Below, one piece after another: positions 11,765-25,400 of a stretch of DNA of 64,000 bases. The translations under genes were made by a program, and so were the position numbers. The stretch covers positions 11,842,001-11,906,000 of the forward strand of contig NC_043008.1 of assembly GCF_006345805.1 (NCBI RefSeq), read 5' to 3'. The notes under the pieces are model-generated. The model saw only the letters and a list, made by a program, of their open reading frames with translations. It was not told the DNA's origin and did not search any database. The stretch comes from Octopus sinensis. Taxonomy: Eukaryota. Position 1 is the stretch's first letter, and each line of letters starts with the position of its first letter.

Positions 11765-12846
11765 AGGTCTTAACCATCGTAGGTGGGGAAAATTTTAATC
11801 CTGCATCTCGATAAAATACTTCTTTTCTGAGTAACTTCAATGCTCCCATTTCATTCCCACTTAATGGCAAATACCTGTAAAAACATTTAACTCGTCGTCA
11901 CCCTTGAAGTTCTCGTCACTCCAAAACATGCACCGATTGCACTGAGAACAACCTATTCCCAGCACCTGCATGTATTCAAGTATACACCAATTCAATATTA
12001 TTCTATATCTTTCAAATACTAATTGAACATAAATAATACAAGTTTTCATCGTATTAGGAGACCATTGAAAATGCATCCTGCAAAAATTTTTAAAAGGAAT
12101 ATGCTCCTTCAGTTGTACAGAAAATGCATATTTTCTTATATTATTTCAAAGTTCTAAATATGTTCGGATATATAAATGCTTCCAGGCATCAAGACAAATT
12201 TTTGCAAATCTGATGTTGCAACTACTACTTGTAAATCTCTATCTCGGTGATAAATAAAACGGAAAAGGATGTTGATATTCAGAAAGGAAATATATTTAAC
12301 ATACAAGCAGTCTCCTTTGCATTGCATCGTGTAAATAAATGTTTTATGCGTGTCCAAAAACTATAAAAATATTCAAAAATGGTTAATGCATATATATAAA
12401 TTTGCAATTCAATGCAATCATATATTTTCATTCTAAGAACATTTTAAAATTATTTACATAGTCTACATTCGTAAGAGAAGTTCAGTATTAGATGTATATA
12501 TTACGATTTTTTATGACTTTACAATGATAATTTTACCCAACGATATGACTTCTTTTCAATATGTGTCTTTAAACTCCACTCACTGATATCTGTAACCCAG
12601 TATTACGTTCAAGAACCAGGTACGAGAAAGTACAAGTTTAATTTGCGAAAAAACAGCTTGTAATAACAATTTAAGTCGTGTTGACAACTCTTCTACCATG
12701 GATTATATACACAAACGTACATGTTTTCGAATTTCACACTCACTCGCCCTATTTGTTTGCTTGTCTGGAACTCTCTCACTCACTCACTCACTCACTCACT
12801 CTCTCTCTTTATATATATATATATATATATACTCTTGTATGTTTTT

Positions 12847-13048
12847 TTGTTTCAGTCATTTGACTGCGGCCATGCTGGGACACCACCTTAAGGTAAAAAC
12901 ATGTATACACTCATAAATATCGACTGTGGCCAAGCTGGAGCACCGCCTTTTAGTCGAGCAAATCGAGCCCAGAACATATTCTTTGTAAGCCTAGTAATTT
13001 TTCTATCGGTCTCTTTTGCCGGACTGCCAAGTTAAGGAGACGTAAACA
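12847..13048 (-). mobile_element. Two adjacent 3' fragments of SINE A
   Basis: Tail at 12847-12890 and a longer 3' piece at 12921-13048. Confidence 0.8.
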
Positions 13049-13059
13049 TATATATGAAT

Positions 13060-13242
<183 letters not shown>

Positions 13243-13530
13243 TAATCAAAAGGACATACTAGGTATGTCAACCTGCTTGAAATACCAAAAATACACCGAT
13301 GAAAACTACAGAAATCAAACGAAGGCAAAATCAGGTTAAGGTAATCTACTAACATACATTTAAGTATTTGGACTCACGTGGATCGATTTCTGCATTGGTA
13401 AAGACCTTAGCTTCTACAGCACGTGTTACCATTATTAGAGACTCCCAACCCATCGCTTCGAAGTCTGTGCTGCAACTGAATTCGTTTCACGTCGAAATCA
13501 TAACAGCCACCGGTGTAAAATAATCTCGAT

Positions 13531-13577
<47 letters not shown>

Positions 13578-13606
13578 CATTCTATGTATGTATTTATAAA
13601 TGGACA

Positions 13607-13989
13607 TGGAAGCACTCCGTCGGTTACGACGACGAGGGTTCCGGTTGATCCGAATCAACGGAACAGCCTGCTCGTGAAATTAACGTGTAAATGGCTGAGC
13701 ACTCCACAGACACGTGTACCCTTAACGTAGTTCTCGGGGATATTCAGCGTGACACAGAGAGTGACAAGGCCGGCCCTTTGAAATACAAGTGCAACAGAAA
13801 CAGGAAGTAAGAGTGAGAGAAAGTTGTGGTGAAAGAGTACAGCAGGGATCACCACTATCCCCTGCCGGAGTCTCGTGGTGCTTTAGGTGTTTTCGCTCAA
13901 TAAACACTCACAACGCCCGGTCTGGGAATCGAAACCGCGAACCTATGACCGCGAGACCGCTGCCCTAACCACTGGGCCATTGCGCCTCC
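13607..13989 (-). mobile_element. SINE family C, full length, 12 bp TSD
   Basis: Head TGGCCCAGTGGTTAGGGCAGCGG...GTTTCGATTCCC; TSD GTATTTATAAAT at 13590-13601 and 13992-14003. Confidence 0.95.
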
Positions 13990-14129
13990 ACGTATTTATA
14001 AATATTAGGTTGAGGAATACGTTCGTGCGCCGTGTTAAAATAAAGTTGTTTTCTATATTCTTGTGGTGTATGTGTACGTGTGTTCATTCAGTTCATGTCC
14101 TGTTCAATGATGAGTCACTGCTGAAAAGT

Positions 14130-14405
14130 ACCCAAGACTTGTTCTTCGAAAACACGCGTTGTTTGAATGAGACAATGCAAAGCGTCTTACCGCTAGAAAG
14201 ACCAGCAAGAAAATAAAATAATTGGATTGTGTGGAAGTTCTGCCGCATCCAGCCTATTAATCCAGACGTTGCTCCATCAGTCTTCGTTTTCTTCCGACCA
14301 ATAGAGCACCTTATGAAAGGTCGCCGATATCAGTCATTTGGTGAAGTAGTTGAAGCTTGTGAAGAGAAAGCTTGCAGATCGTTAGCAGAAGATCGTGGCG
14401 AATAA
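14130..14405 (+). mobile_element. Degenerate mariner transposase C-terminal fragment
   Basis: Frameshifted TSKKIK*LDCVEVLPHPAY-PDVAPS..FFRPIEHLMKGRRYQSFGEVVEACEE matches WEVLPHPPYSPDLAPSDY.LF. Confidence 0.8.
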
Positions 14406-14608
14406 TGTTTTTTATTTTGAAAAATAATTTCGTTTTTTAATAACTCTTGCATAAAATATCATTATTTTACGGAGCTCGAACTTTTGCTCGCTTTAACTTT
14501 CTTCCTTATTAAGTTTAGCATCAAACAATCTAAAAACATTCTTAAGCCTCCTGTCTCCTTACAGAACGCAGTATGAAACTATTCCAGTGGTGTGTGTGCG
14601 TTTGTGTT

Positions 14609-14681
<73 letters not shown>

Positions 14682-15245
14682 GTATGTATGTATATGTACG
14701 AAGTCATGCTTTGTTTTTGTTACAGTTAGTGCGTCACTGAACATACATGTAGCAAAAGCATGGTAAAATGTCAAGACTCTATCCAATATTTTGATCCAGA
14801 ATCGGTCGCATAATTTATCCAGTAAAATCGCAAATCTGGTCTACGAAATACACCAGTAAAACGTTTCGTGATCGTCTTTATCCAAGCAGTCAGAAGGTAA
14901 AGAATAGCTAAACGCTTTTCTTCGTAGAATATCTGCTTTGTTATTCCCTATAGATCAAAATTCGTAATCTACTTCGCGAATATTCTTAACGTTTCAAAGC
15001 ATATATTTCAGCGCCGTATGTAGGCAATGATCTCAATAATCGAAATTTTATTACAAAACAGTCTCTATTAAATAAATCGAGCGTAATAACAACGCTGCAA
15101 ATAAAGCAACTGTAATTCCGTCAGAAGGTAATTATATTGCAATCCGAGATATTGTCGTTTGATTCACAGTCATATGTTTATCTGTGCAGGTAAATGACTG
15201 GTAAATGTTAATTATATATTTATTCCTTCCTAAAGTAAATACACG

Positions 15246-16056
15246 TGTGTATGTATGTATGTATGTATGTATGTATGTATGTATGTATGTATGTATGTAT
15301 GTATGTATGTATGTGTGTATGTATGTATGTGTGTATGTATGTATGTATGTATGTACGTATGTATGTACGTACGTATGTATGTAGTATGTATGTAGTATGT
15401 ATGTATGTATGTATGTTGTATGTATGTATGTTATGTATGTATGTACGTATGTATGTATGTATGTATGTATGTATGTATGTATGTACGTACGTATGTATGT
15501 ATGATGTATGTATGTACGTACGTATGTATGTATGTATGTAGTATGTATGTATGTATGCATGTATGTACGTACGTATGTATGTATGTATGTATGTATGTAT
15601 GTATGTATGTATGTATGTCTGTATGTATGTATGTACGTACGTACGTATGTATGTATATGTATGTATGTATGTGTGTATGTATGTATGTATGTACGTACGT
15701 ACGTATGTATGTATGTATGTATGTATGTATGTATGTATGTATGTACGTACGTACGTACGTATGTATGTATGTATGTATGTATGTATGTATGTATGTGTGT
15801 ATGTATGTATGTATGTATGTATGTATGTATGTATGTATGTATGTATGTATGTATGTATGTATGTATGTATGTATGTACGTACGTATGTATGTATGTATGT
15901 ATGGATGTATGTATGTATGTATGTATGTATGTATGTATGTATGTACGTATGTATGTATGTATGTATGTACGTATGTATGTATGTATGTATGTATGTATGT
16001 ATGTATGTATGTATGTATGTATGTATGTATGTATGTGTGTATGTATGTATGTACGT
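15246..16056. repeat. ~0.8 kb (TATG)n array with CGTA variants
   Basis: Direct inspection. Confidence 0.97.
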
Positions 16057-16249
16057 GCGAGGTTTGTGTTTGTGTGTTGTATGTTTGCTAGTGTCATTGT
16101 AAACATCGGCAATACCATTTTTTATTTTCTAAAAACACAATAATTTAACTGGCAGAAAAAATATTTTGAAATTAAATATAAAAGTCACAGATACGACCCC
16201 GTGTAACCTTCTTCGTTTATTTTTATGTGAACAGCAATATTTATATATG

Positions 16250-16445
16250 GAGGATACTAATGAATTCTTGAGAACAAAGCAAACACCAGATTCTCTACCC
16301 TGACACTTAAGTAGGCCTCTCCAAAAGATAGTATACCCATAAATAGGCTCATTTACATGACCCTCACCAGAGAGACGAGTTTCAGAGAGCGCAACTATTT
16401 CAAGGGAATATTTCTTAAGCTCACATTCAATAAGTACCGAACCGT
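16250..16445 (-). mobile_element. RTE-clade LINE apurinic endonuclease N-terminal fragment
   Basis: LIECELKKYSLEIVALSETRLSGEGHVNEPIYGYTIFWRG....RESGVCFVLKNSLV matches ELSRYNIDIAALSETRL..EG..E.G.GYTFFWSG..RE.GVGF. Confidence 0.82.
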
Positions 16446-16782
16446 TCAATGTTTGTATGTCTGTATGTATGTATGTATGTATGTATTATGTATGTATGTA
16501 TTATGTATGTATGTATGTCTGTATGTATGTATGTATTTATGTCTGTATGTATCTATTTATGTATGTATGTATGTATGTCTGAATGTGTTTAATGCATACG
16601 TATATATTTGTGTGTATGTAAAAGTATATACATACAATATATATATAAATGTTTTCTCTATACGTTCATTTAAATACATGAGCGTGTGTATGGAGATTTT
16701 AAGAAGTGTGCTGCAGTCAACAATAATTATTACTTATTGTCTAATGTACCTTGTCTAGTTAAGATTGCAAGAATAAATACTG

Positions 16783-16849
<67 letters not shown>

Positions 16850-16862
16850 CAGCAGCAGCAGT
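16783..16862. repeat. (TAG)n/(CAG)n trinucleotide repeat
   Basis: Direct inspection. Confidence 0.95.
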
Positions 16863-17190
16863 GTCGGTTGGAGCTGGTCGCAATCAAAGCATCTTTGACA
16901 CCAATTGTGAATATATAATGATACTGTTTGTGAACGATTTCTAGTTATTGCTTTTTGCAGCTGTTCTAAGAATTATAGTCCAAATGTTATTCCTGATTGT
17001 TATGTCTTACAGCGACATAAGCATCATAGATATCACATATTTAATTCTATTTTTCAGATTTCCTGTTGGTTTTCTGTAGCTAGAAGAAATATATATCTAA
17101 AGGAGTTGGACAGAATTATGGAAAAATCCTAGCTCCATAGCATCATAATTTTGAAATATCTATAAAATCGCCAAAAGCTTACTCTCTCTC

Positions 17191-17601
17191 TCTCTTTTAC
17201 TCTTTTACTTGTTTCAGTCATTTGAGTACGGCCATGCTGGAGCACCGCCTTTACTCGAGCAACTCGACCCCGGGACTTATTCTTTTGTAAGCCCAGTACT
17301 TATTCTGTCGGTCTCTTTTGCCGAACTGCTAACTAACGGGGACATAAATACTACCAGCATCGGATGTCAAGCAATGCTAGGAGGGCAAACACAGACACAC
17401 AAACATATACACACGCATATACACATATATACATATAAACGACGGGCTTCTTTCAGTTTCCGTCTACCAAATCTACTGACAAGGCTTTGGCCGGCCCGTG
17501 GCTATAGTAGAAGACACTTGCCCAAGATGCCACGCAGTGGGACTGAACCCGGAACCATGTGGTTGGTAAACAAGCTACTTACCATACATCCACTCCTGCG
17601 C
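17191..17601 (-). mobile_element. SINE family A, full length
   Basis: Reverse complement of the 11339-11764 copy. Confidence 0.93.
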
Positions 17602-18408
17602 TTGTTTATTTTTTATGTTTTTTTTGTTGTTTAATATGCTTTGCTAAAATTGGAGTTTCTTTTCAGACACCATCAGAACAACGCAATTAAAATCATTAAA
17701 ATGACAGATCTATCGAACTTTCAAGGAGGTCAATATGCACATATGTTTATCTGAGTTTATGTCTCCCTCAAATTCCATTTGCTATGATCAACCATTGCTC
17801 CAAATTGCTCCCCAGACCTTCACAGAATAGCTGCCGCATTTCGTTCGTAAATGCAAAGTCAGAAATCCAGGATCTAGAATTATCCAGTAATTTTTTATTA
17901 TTTTCATCTTCTCTCTTTGTTTTCTCTCCGTGTTGATATAAAGACACTTAAGCAGATCATGGTTGCTATTTTCAGCATGGTGGTATCTCGTAGATACCCT
18001 AATTTATAATTATTTATATATATATATATATAAGAATACAGTGTACATTCAAACACATAAGAGGTGACCAATGATAGGACATTTGGCTCACTAGAAAGAG
18101 CAGTTAAAACTCCAAGCCTCTAATAGTTGCAATTCTGAAAGGGAATGAAAAATAAAATCATTTACCCTATTTTCCTCGACTATGCATAGTTTCTGCAATC
18201 TTATATAAATTAAAATACAATAATTTTACCTTATATCTGGCGTTGCTTCGTCAGATATATGTATGTATTTATTTATTTATGTATGTATATATGTATGTAT
18301 GACTATTCCTGTATCTGTGTGTGTGTATGTGTATCAATTTGTTACTATTAAAAGACCCACTATTGTAACATTACTTTTGATCCTTACCACTCAAAATCAT
18401 ACCTTACG

Positions 18409-18457
18409 CCGGAAGTTCAGCAAGACTGCAGACAACTTCATTTGACATGACTTCCGG
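18409..18457. promoter_or_regulatory. Inverted pair of perfect ETS motifs (CCGGAAGT ... ACTTCCGG), 33 nt apart
   Basis: Exact 8-mers at 18409-18416 and 18450-18457; function not shown. Confidence 0.3.
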
Positions 18458-19029
18458 TTGAGATATAAACTTCAAACTTTGATTGTTTAGCGGTGACCTT
18501 TTTAAGATAACTATTTCAGATTTATATGAAAAGCCAAAGAAAGTTTAAAAACTGAAGATCGAATGATTCTAAGAATATATGTTGGCAGGATTTCATTGAC
18601 AAATCTTAACATCTGTCATTCTGTCTACATTTCTGTCATTAATTATAGCTCGAACTGAATTTATAATTACCAGCCACCATTTCTCTCAGAGTGTCTTTCT
18701 CTCTGTCTATAAGTACTTATGTATATATTTGTATCTATATCTTTTTTCTTTCTCAAGTTGTCTATCTATGTTATTTTTCTTTATCGTTTTCAAAATTTTA
18801 TTCTTCTGTTTGTTGATATTTATCACTCAGTTTCTCCGTACGTTACCCATCTCTCGACCTCTTTTCTCTCTCCTCACTCTTTTCTCTCCTCCTCTCTTCT
18901 CTTTCCTCTTCCTTCTCTCCTCCCCCGCGCTCCCTCCCCCCTTTCTCACCCCTATCCCCCTGCTCTTCTCTCTATTTATACACACACATATATATTTCTA
19001 AGTATTTACCAATCTCTATAATATACTTT

Positions 19030-19040
19030 CTTTCTTTCTT

Positions 19041-19098
<58 letters not shown>

Positions 19099-19297
19099 CA
19101 TTTATCTATCTTCTATTTCTGTATACATATATTTATATATACATGTATATGTGTGTGTGTGAGTGTGTGTGTGTATATATATATGTTTGTGTATATATAT
19201 ATATATGTATGTATATATATATATATCTATATATATGTGTGTGTGTGTGTGTATATTTATGTATGTATATGTATGTGTGTATATGTATATGCATATC

Positions 19298-19328
<31 letters not shown>

Positions 19329-19330
19329 CA

Positions 19331-19371
<41 letters not shown>
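19030..19371. repeat. (TCTA)n/(TA)n/(TG)n compound microsatellite
   Basis: Direct inspection. Confidence 0.9.
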
Positions 19372-19375
<4 letters not shown>

Positions 19376-20016
19376 GAACAAAGGAAGAATTCTTTCAATT
19401 CGCGTCAAGATCTATACTTCCGACACATACAAAAGACAAAAGGAGGAAGAATATATCTTTATTATGCTCCATGGGAAAATATGTTTGTCTCCTGTGAAGT
19501 TATATGATGCCCTTTGTGTTTCTAAATGGTTCTTCTCAGAAACCTTACACAAATCTACTCCTTAAGGAACATTGCCTTGTATTTTACGAATTTTATCAAC
19601 AATTTCGCTTTGGACGCTCATATACTTCTTCCCCCTGTGCAGCCTAGAATTGTCTGCTATTCTGTATACGCAGAACTGCCATCAATACGTAAAATGCATA
19701 TCATTGGCCAAGTGGCTTCAGTTCGTAAGCAAAACACGTTAAATTTATGAGAAGACACTGGTAAATCAAATATCCACACACATCGAGCAAACGGTCAATT
19801 CTTCGTTGGAATATTGTATCTACCGTAGTCAACGAAAGTAAAATATTTAGAAGAAAGCTACAATTACTAGAATTCCAAATATGAATGATCAGGGAAGCCC
19901 CCATTGTCTATAAAAATAAAGTAGTTCTACCAATCTAATACGTGTGGTTTTCCGAATCCAGCAAGTAAGCTTCTACTTTCTACTTGCCATTATTTCTGCT
20001 GCTATTAAAAGCAAGT

Positions 20017-20403
20017 GTGGAGGCGCAATGGCCCAGTGGTTAGGGCAGCGGACTCGCGGTCGTAGGATCGCGGTTTCGATTCCCAGACCGGGCGTTGTGA
20101 GTGTTTATTGAGCGAAAACACCTAAGGCTCCATGAGGCTCCGGCAAGGATGGTGGTGATCCCTGCTGTACTCTTTCACCACAACTTTCTCTCACTCTTAC
20201 TTCCTGTTTCTGTTGTACCTGTATTTCAAAGGGCCGGCCTTTTCACTCCCTGTGTCACGCTGAATATCCCCGAGAACTACGTTAAGGGTACACGTGTCTG
20301 TGGAATGTTCAGCCACTTACACGTTAATTTCACGAGCAGGCTGTTCCATTGATTCGGATCAACCGGAACCCTCATCGCCGTAACCGACGGAGTGCTTCCA
20401 TCC
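20017..20403 (+). mobile_element. SINE family C, full length, 13 bp TSD
   Basis: tRNA-Arg-like head with A and B boxes; TSD ATTAAAAGCAAGT at 20004-20016 and 20404-20416. Confidence 0.96.
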
Positions 20404-20532
20404 ATTAAAAGCAAGTAAATCTGTATCCATAACATGACCATTCCTAAATACAGCAAAATCTATATCAAATATAACTTATTTGTTCTGACAAGAAAACCGA
20501 CATTGCATAATGTATTGGTAGATAAAGAGAAG

Positions 20533-20591
20533 ATGGCGATGCGTAGATATGTTTTGACCTTATGCTTGCGCAATCTTGGAATTAAACAATG
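20533..20591 (+). CDS. Candidate first coding exon (MAMRRYVLTLCLRNLGIKQ-), unidentified
   Basis: AAGATGGCG start context and perfect G|GTAAGT donor; no compatible downstream exon found. Confidence 0.28.
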
Positions 20592-21116
20592 GTAAGTAAA
20601 GTTATTGAAAGAACGTACAATTTTTAAAACATCAAATAATTTATGTTTCTAAATGAAAATGGATTTCATGTAATCATAGCAGAAATTCTAATCCAGCTAC
20701 GGTATACAGATTGCTTTCTTCATAATCTTTTGTTTGAAAGAACCACGTGTTATGAAGCAATGCTGTTCAACATGAGCAAGGTGTTAATCTCTAATCCATG
20801 TAATAATTTATAACTTCAGAGTTGCTTCCCCTACCCAGAATTGATTATGAAGTTAATGATTCTTTCCTTTCTCAAAAGGGCAATTATAGTTAATTAAAAT
20901 CTAATGGCTCACTAAATTGATGGCTTTATTTTTAAGCAGAATATTTCCCTGGGTAATTTTCTCCATTGAACCCTACTTCCCAAAATGCGCTCTTTCGATG
21001 GTCGATTCTGATTTCCTAAATTTACAGATATCTGTCAGAGATGTATGCATAGATCAAATATAAAAATTCATGTTAAATAGAATTATACATCCTTAAATCG
21101 TTAAATCCTTAAAAAT

Positions 21117-21155
21117 GTTTCAGCCCGAAAGCTGCGGCCATGCTGGGGCATCACC
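21117..21155 (-). mobile_element. Isolated 3' tail module related to the SINE A tail
   Basis: GGTGATGCCCCAGCATGGCCGCAGCTTTCGGGCTGAAAC on the minus strand. Confidence 0.7.
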
Positions 21156-21448
21156 GTTGAATGAGCTACACTAGTATGTGAAACTACCTCTCATACGTGG
21201 CACTTGGTCAACAAGGGAGTTCGACGCCGCTGCCCGCATCTGTGTTTCCTGTCGGAAACCCTGGAACCCCTGAGATAGAGTTTAATTTTAAAGAAGAAAA
21301 TACATGTAGAGATTTCTTTAAAACTGGTGCTGTAATGGAGTTTTACTTGCTGAGTTGTATAAGTTTCAGAAATGTAAGCATCGCCTTTCATTCCTACATT
21401 CCTACAGGGAAGAATTTTGCATTAAAAAAAATAATAATGATTTCAAAT

Positions 21449-21651
21449 TTTGCCACAAGGGCAGCAATTTTGGGGGAGAGAATGAGTCGGTTACATCCAC
21501 CGCAATGTTGAAGTGGTACTTATTTTATCCACTCGGAATGGATGAATAACAAAGTCGACCTCGACGGAATTCGAACTCAGAACCTTCAGAGAGGCAGATT
21601 GCCTTAGGCATTTCACCCGGCACGCTAACGATTCTGCCAGCTTGCCGCCTT
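21449..21651 (-). mobile_element. SINE family B (B1 tail), diverged
   Basis: Head AAGGCGGCAAGCTGGCAGAATCGTTAGC, B box, central domain. Confidence 0.85.
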
Positions 21652-22457
21652 AATGATAACAACAACAATAATAAGGATGATGGTGATGATAATAATAATA
21701 TTCTTCCACATAAATGAACCAACACATTGTCTACTTGTAACACATTTTTATTCTGGTATTCTTGTCAAATTATTTTCAAAATATCAGTATTGTACACACC
21801 GGATTGAAGTAAAACTATTCGCTTGAAATATCTCTGAAATATGATTATGTTAAATAAATTGGCTTCTCAAAGCCAATGGAGGTGGTTTAAATTTTTATCG
21901 GAAATTAGTATATAGCATCTCATAATACCATACTAATCATCTTTGGATATCGGATTTAAGTAACATGATTCTAAGTACTCAATTAGAATGTTTGTAAAAT
22001 ATCAACAATACAAACGTCTGTGACGGGTTTAGAAAGAATGTATGAAGTTAAAATGTTTCAAAAAACATACAGTATTTGGATTGCAAATTTATGAGAAGAC
22101 CATCATAAGCTGAATTGCAGAAACTCTGAACTGTACCATACATTTATTTCGCGTTAGCGTAATCGTCGTACGGAGAAAATGAAAGAAATATGAAATCACG
22201 AAATCATCGAAGATCTGGCTGTATCTGCGACCATAGTGAGCATATCTCCCTCCCTTGTCAGCTCATTCAAATAGTGCTTTTGTTGGTTATTGAGTTGTTT
22301 AACACTTATTTCTAGCAAAGCTGCTTCTGATAATGACCTTGTTCATTTTAGTCTTGTTATTTTATTTCTCACGCTCAGCGACTGTGTGTGTCGCTTAAAG
22401 AATATATAGTATTTGCGAATGGAAATAGCTTTTGTCACGTCACTAGCTGGAGATTGT

Positions 22458-22501
22458 CTCTCACTGAGGAGGGATAACATTCAGAAACCTAGGTTTGTGA
22501 G
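22458..22501 (+). ncRNA. Minimal type I hammerhead-like motif
   Basis: Stem I CTCTCA/TGTGAG (5 of 6 pairs); CTGAGGA; stem II GGGAT-AAC-ATTCA (first pair mismatched); GAAA; palindromic stem III ACCTAGGT; GTT triplet. Confidence 0.55.
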
Positions 22502-22825
22502 TATCACGTAAAGCTAGAAATGAGAGCGATGATCTCTTAATACGACGGGCAGAAAGTAAATAAGAAATTTTAACGGAAAAATAAGTTATTGTACGGGAGG
22601 AAGCGAAATTTGTCACTCGGTGAACCAAAGAGACAGTATCGAAGAAAACAGACAGAAACAGTCAAGAACAGAGAAACACAAAACCGTACACATTGAAAGG
22701 AAATTTATGAAAATATGAATTGCAATATACGGACACAAACTAATGGAAAAGATGTTTTCCTGGGGCTAAAACAACAGTAATATCGTCCTTTACGGGACTG
22801 CCACGTTATGTTGACATATAAACAT

Positions 22826-22864
<39 letters not shown>

Positions 22865-22866
<2 letters not shown>

Positions 22867-23214
22867 CGCAGGAGTGGCTAACCAACCACGTGGTTCTGGG
22901 TTCAGTCCCACTGCGTGGCATCTTGGGCAAGTGTCTTCTGCTATAGCCCCGGGCCGACCAATGCCTTGTGAGTGGATTTGGTAGACGGAAACTGAAAGAA
23001 GCCTGTCGTATATATGTATATATATATATATATATGTATGTGTGTATGTTTGTGTGTCTGTGTTTGTCCCCCTAGCATTGCTTGACAACCGATGCCGATA
23101 GAATAAGTACTGGGCTTACAAAGAATAAGTCCTGGGGTCGAGTTGCTCCAGTAAAGGCGGTGCCCCAGCATGGCCGCAGTCAAATGACTGAAACAAGTAA
23201 AAGAGTAAAAGAGT
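22865..23214 (+). mobile_element. SINE family A with two internal deletions
   Basis: Lacks GTGTGGTAAGTAGCTTGCT (GCT microhomology) and a ~45 nt central block. Confidence 0.92.
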
Positions 23215-23229
23215 ACATAGCAGATACAT

Positions 23230-23470
23230 CGATGTTAACGAACTGCAAACTTTGAGAAGTTAAAGAAACGCCTAAAACCATTTCCACATTAAGATTGAAC
23301 TTCCATAAGAGTACAAATATGAAATCTTTCTGAACATAACATAATTTCCAGACAGAGACATTAGAGTAGCATATAACAAAAGCATCTCTTGCAATGACAC
23401 AGACATTGTGTGGTGGCACAAAGACAGTTTATATCTACAGCAATGTAGATGTAGCAGCATCTGTCCTTTG
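23230..23470 (+). mobile_element. Possible highly decayed RLE-LINE (zinc knuckle/endonuclease) remnant
   Basis: Scattered motif resemblance (NCKL*EVKET, VQI*NL, NKSISCNDTDIVWWHK, VDVAA) across frames. Confidence 0.3.
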
Positions 23471-24024
23471 AAATCAGTTCAGACACCTCCACAAGTGAAT
23501 ACTTGATACGAATATTGAGATAATAAAATATTAATCGGCTGTGAATTTTGAAACAAATTGATGGATTAAGTAATAAGATATTACAAACATCAATACAACG
23601 AAATAAATATCGTTGGACACTATATCGAAAGGACAATAAACACATATAAAATGCATTTCATAAAACAAATATAAATTCTCTATAAAATGGAATTCTAGGA
23701 TACCATATGAATGTGAATGTAGCTTACAGCCACGCCTCTGCCTACATAATTACTGCCATTAAGAATATTTTTTACCAAAAATCAAATGAGTAGTTTTTAT
23801 ACCTGAAAACATGGTCCTGTTTGATTTATTAGTTCAAAGTGATTTATAACTTCGACGTGCGTGTTTGTGTGTCATGTGTGTGTATTCCTGATAAAAGATC
23901 ATATTTATGCCAAGAACGATGCCGCGTAACAAAATTGGTTTCTTGAACGAATAAATATTCACAACTGCGAAACCTCATAATTCATAAGGATAACACTATT
24001 TGATCACAAATGAAACCTTAATAA

Positions 24025-24228
24025 TCCTTAGCACTATAGGCACGGAGCCAGAAATTGTGTGTGAGGGAGCTAGTCGATTTCATCGAACCCCAGTGCGTAA
24101 CTGGTACTTATTTAATCAACCCCGAAAGGATGAAAGGCAAAGTCGACATCGGCGGAATTTGAACTCTTAACGTAAGGAAGCACGAAATGCCGCTAAGCAT
24201 TTTGCCTAACGTGCTAAATGTTCAGCCA
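24025..24228 (-). mobile_element. SINE family B (B1 tail)
   Basis: Central domain and B box clearly aligned to other B copies. Confidence 0.85.
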
Positions 24229-24482
24229 CATTTACGGTCAATATTCAATGTTTCGAGTAATCAAATTACTTTCCCCATCTATAAATCTTGCTGTTGTGTT
24301 AAAACATCAAGTTACCATAGCATTGTGTGTAAAAGACCAAAAACCATGAAAGTATGATGTATCTAAGAATCTTACTATTTCAGAAATATAGAAATGAAAT
24401 TGTGCGGCAATGAGAGAAAAACATTCGAGAAAACCGAAACACATCTCTCTCTTTCTCTCAATCTGTATAAATTATTATTTGG

Positions 24483-24538
<56 letters not shown>

Positions 24539-25295
24539 TATATATATGCACATACATATCTATATACGTCTAAACAATAAACATACATACATATCTATAT
24601 ACCTATAAACGATAAACACATACGCACACACAGATATAAGTTTGTGAGGCGCGAGGTGTGTGTATATGAGCACAATCCGCAATATTCCCGGCTACAATAT
24701 ATCAATTACAAAGTATTGTGAACCGAGATGACAATAAATGCCGAAACAACCTGGTTGGAATCGAAACAACAAGGGTATTTTTTCGTTTATGTATATATGA
24801 TAATAAACGTTGACTCATAATATTTGTGTTTCACTTTGTCATCAAAAAAACGCCATTATTAAAAAAGTGTAATGCAAAATATATGCTACCCACCTTGTGC
24901 TTGTGTATATTAACCCAATCAACTAACACACTATAACTTTCTGTTATCTTACAGATGTGACATCTGTGTTAATGCTAATGAAAGGTCAATGATATTAAAG
25001 GAACGTTCTGCATGACATACGACTATCCTTAGATCAAAGCTAATCTAGGGCACATATTCCCATGTAATCTGCTTTTAAAGATAAGTGTATTGGGAAAGGA
25101 CACTTACAACCACATACTTATTTTCACGCACATAAACATGCATAATTGATAAACACATATAACTATGTACAAATATATAATTACATATTTATGTATATAT
25201 ACATATACATAACTTCTGAACCATGAATTCCTGTACATTGTTTCTCTCTCCGTTTTATTTCGTTCTTTCTTCATTTTTTTTCTTTTACCAGTCAA

Positions 25296-25400
25296 CACTT
25301 TGTGTCGCAGAACGTAGGTTCGAAACGTCAATGACTTTTCCATTCTTCCTGAGCGTCAAATTAACACACTCGTTTCTTGTTGCTTCACTTGTCTTCCACT
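25296..25400 (+). mobile_element. Penelope-type terminal-repeat fragment with degenerate hammerhead; sibling of 51524-51650
   Basis: GAAC-GTAG-GTTC-GAAAC-GTC followed by a tail similar to the 51.5 kb copy; catalytic core decayed. Confidence 0.45.

Noticed and set aside
11879-11966. Possible minus-strand exon VLGIGCSQCNRCMFWSDENF...
   Set aside because: Weak acceptor and no recognisable homology
12154-12357. DLQVVVATS resembling SF2 helicase motif V
   Set aside because: Only a few residues match, a stop follows shortly, and splice sites are unconvincing
15132-16143. ORFs of 183-328 aa
   Set aside because: Translations of the TATG array
20019-20090. tRNA-Arg-like sequence (also the heads at 4363, 31390, 36348, 43592)
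   Set aside because: These are SINE heads with A/B boxes but no complete cloverleaf; not tRNA genes
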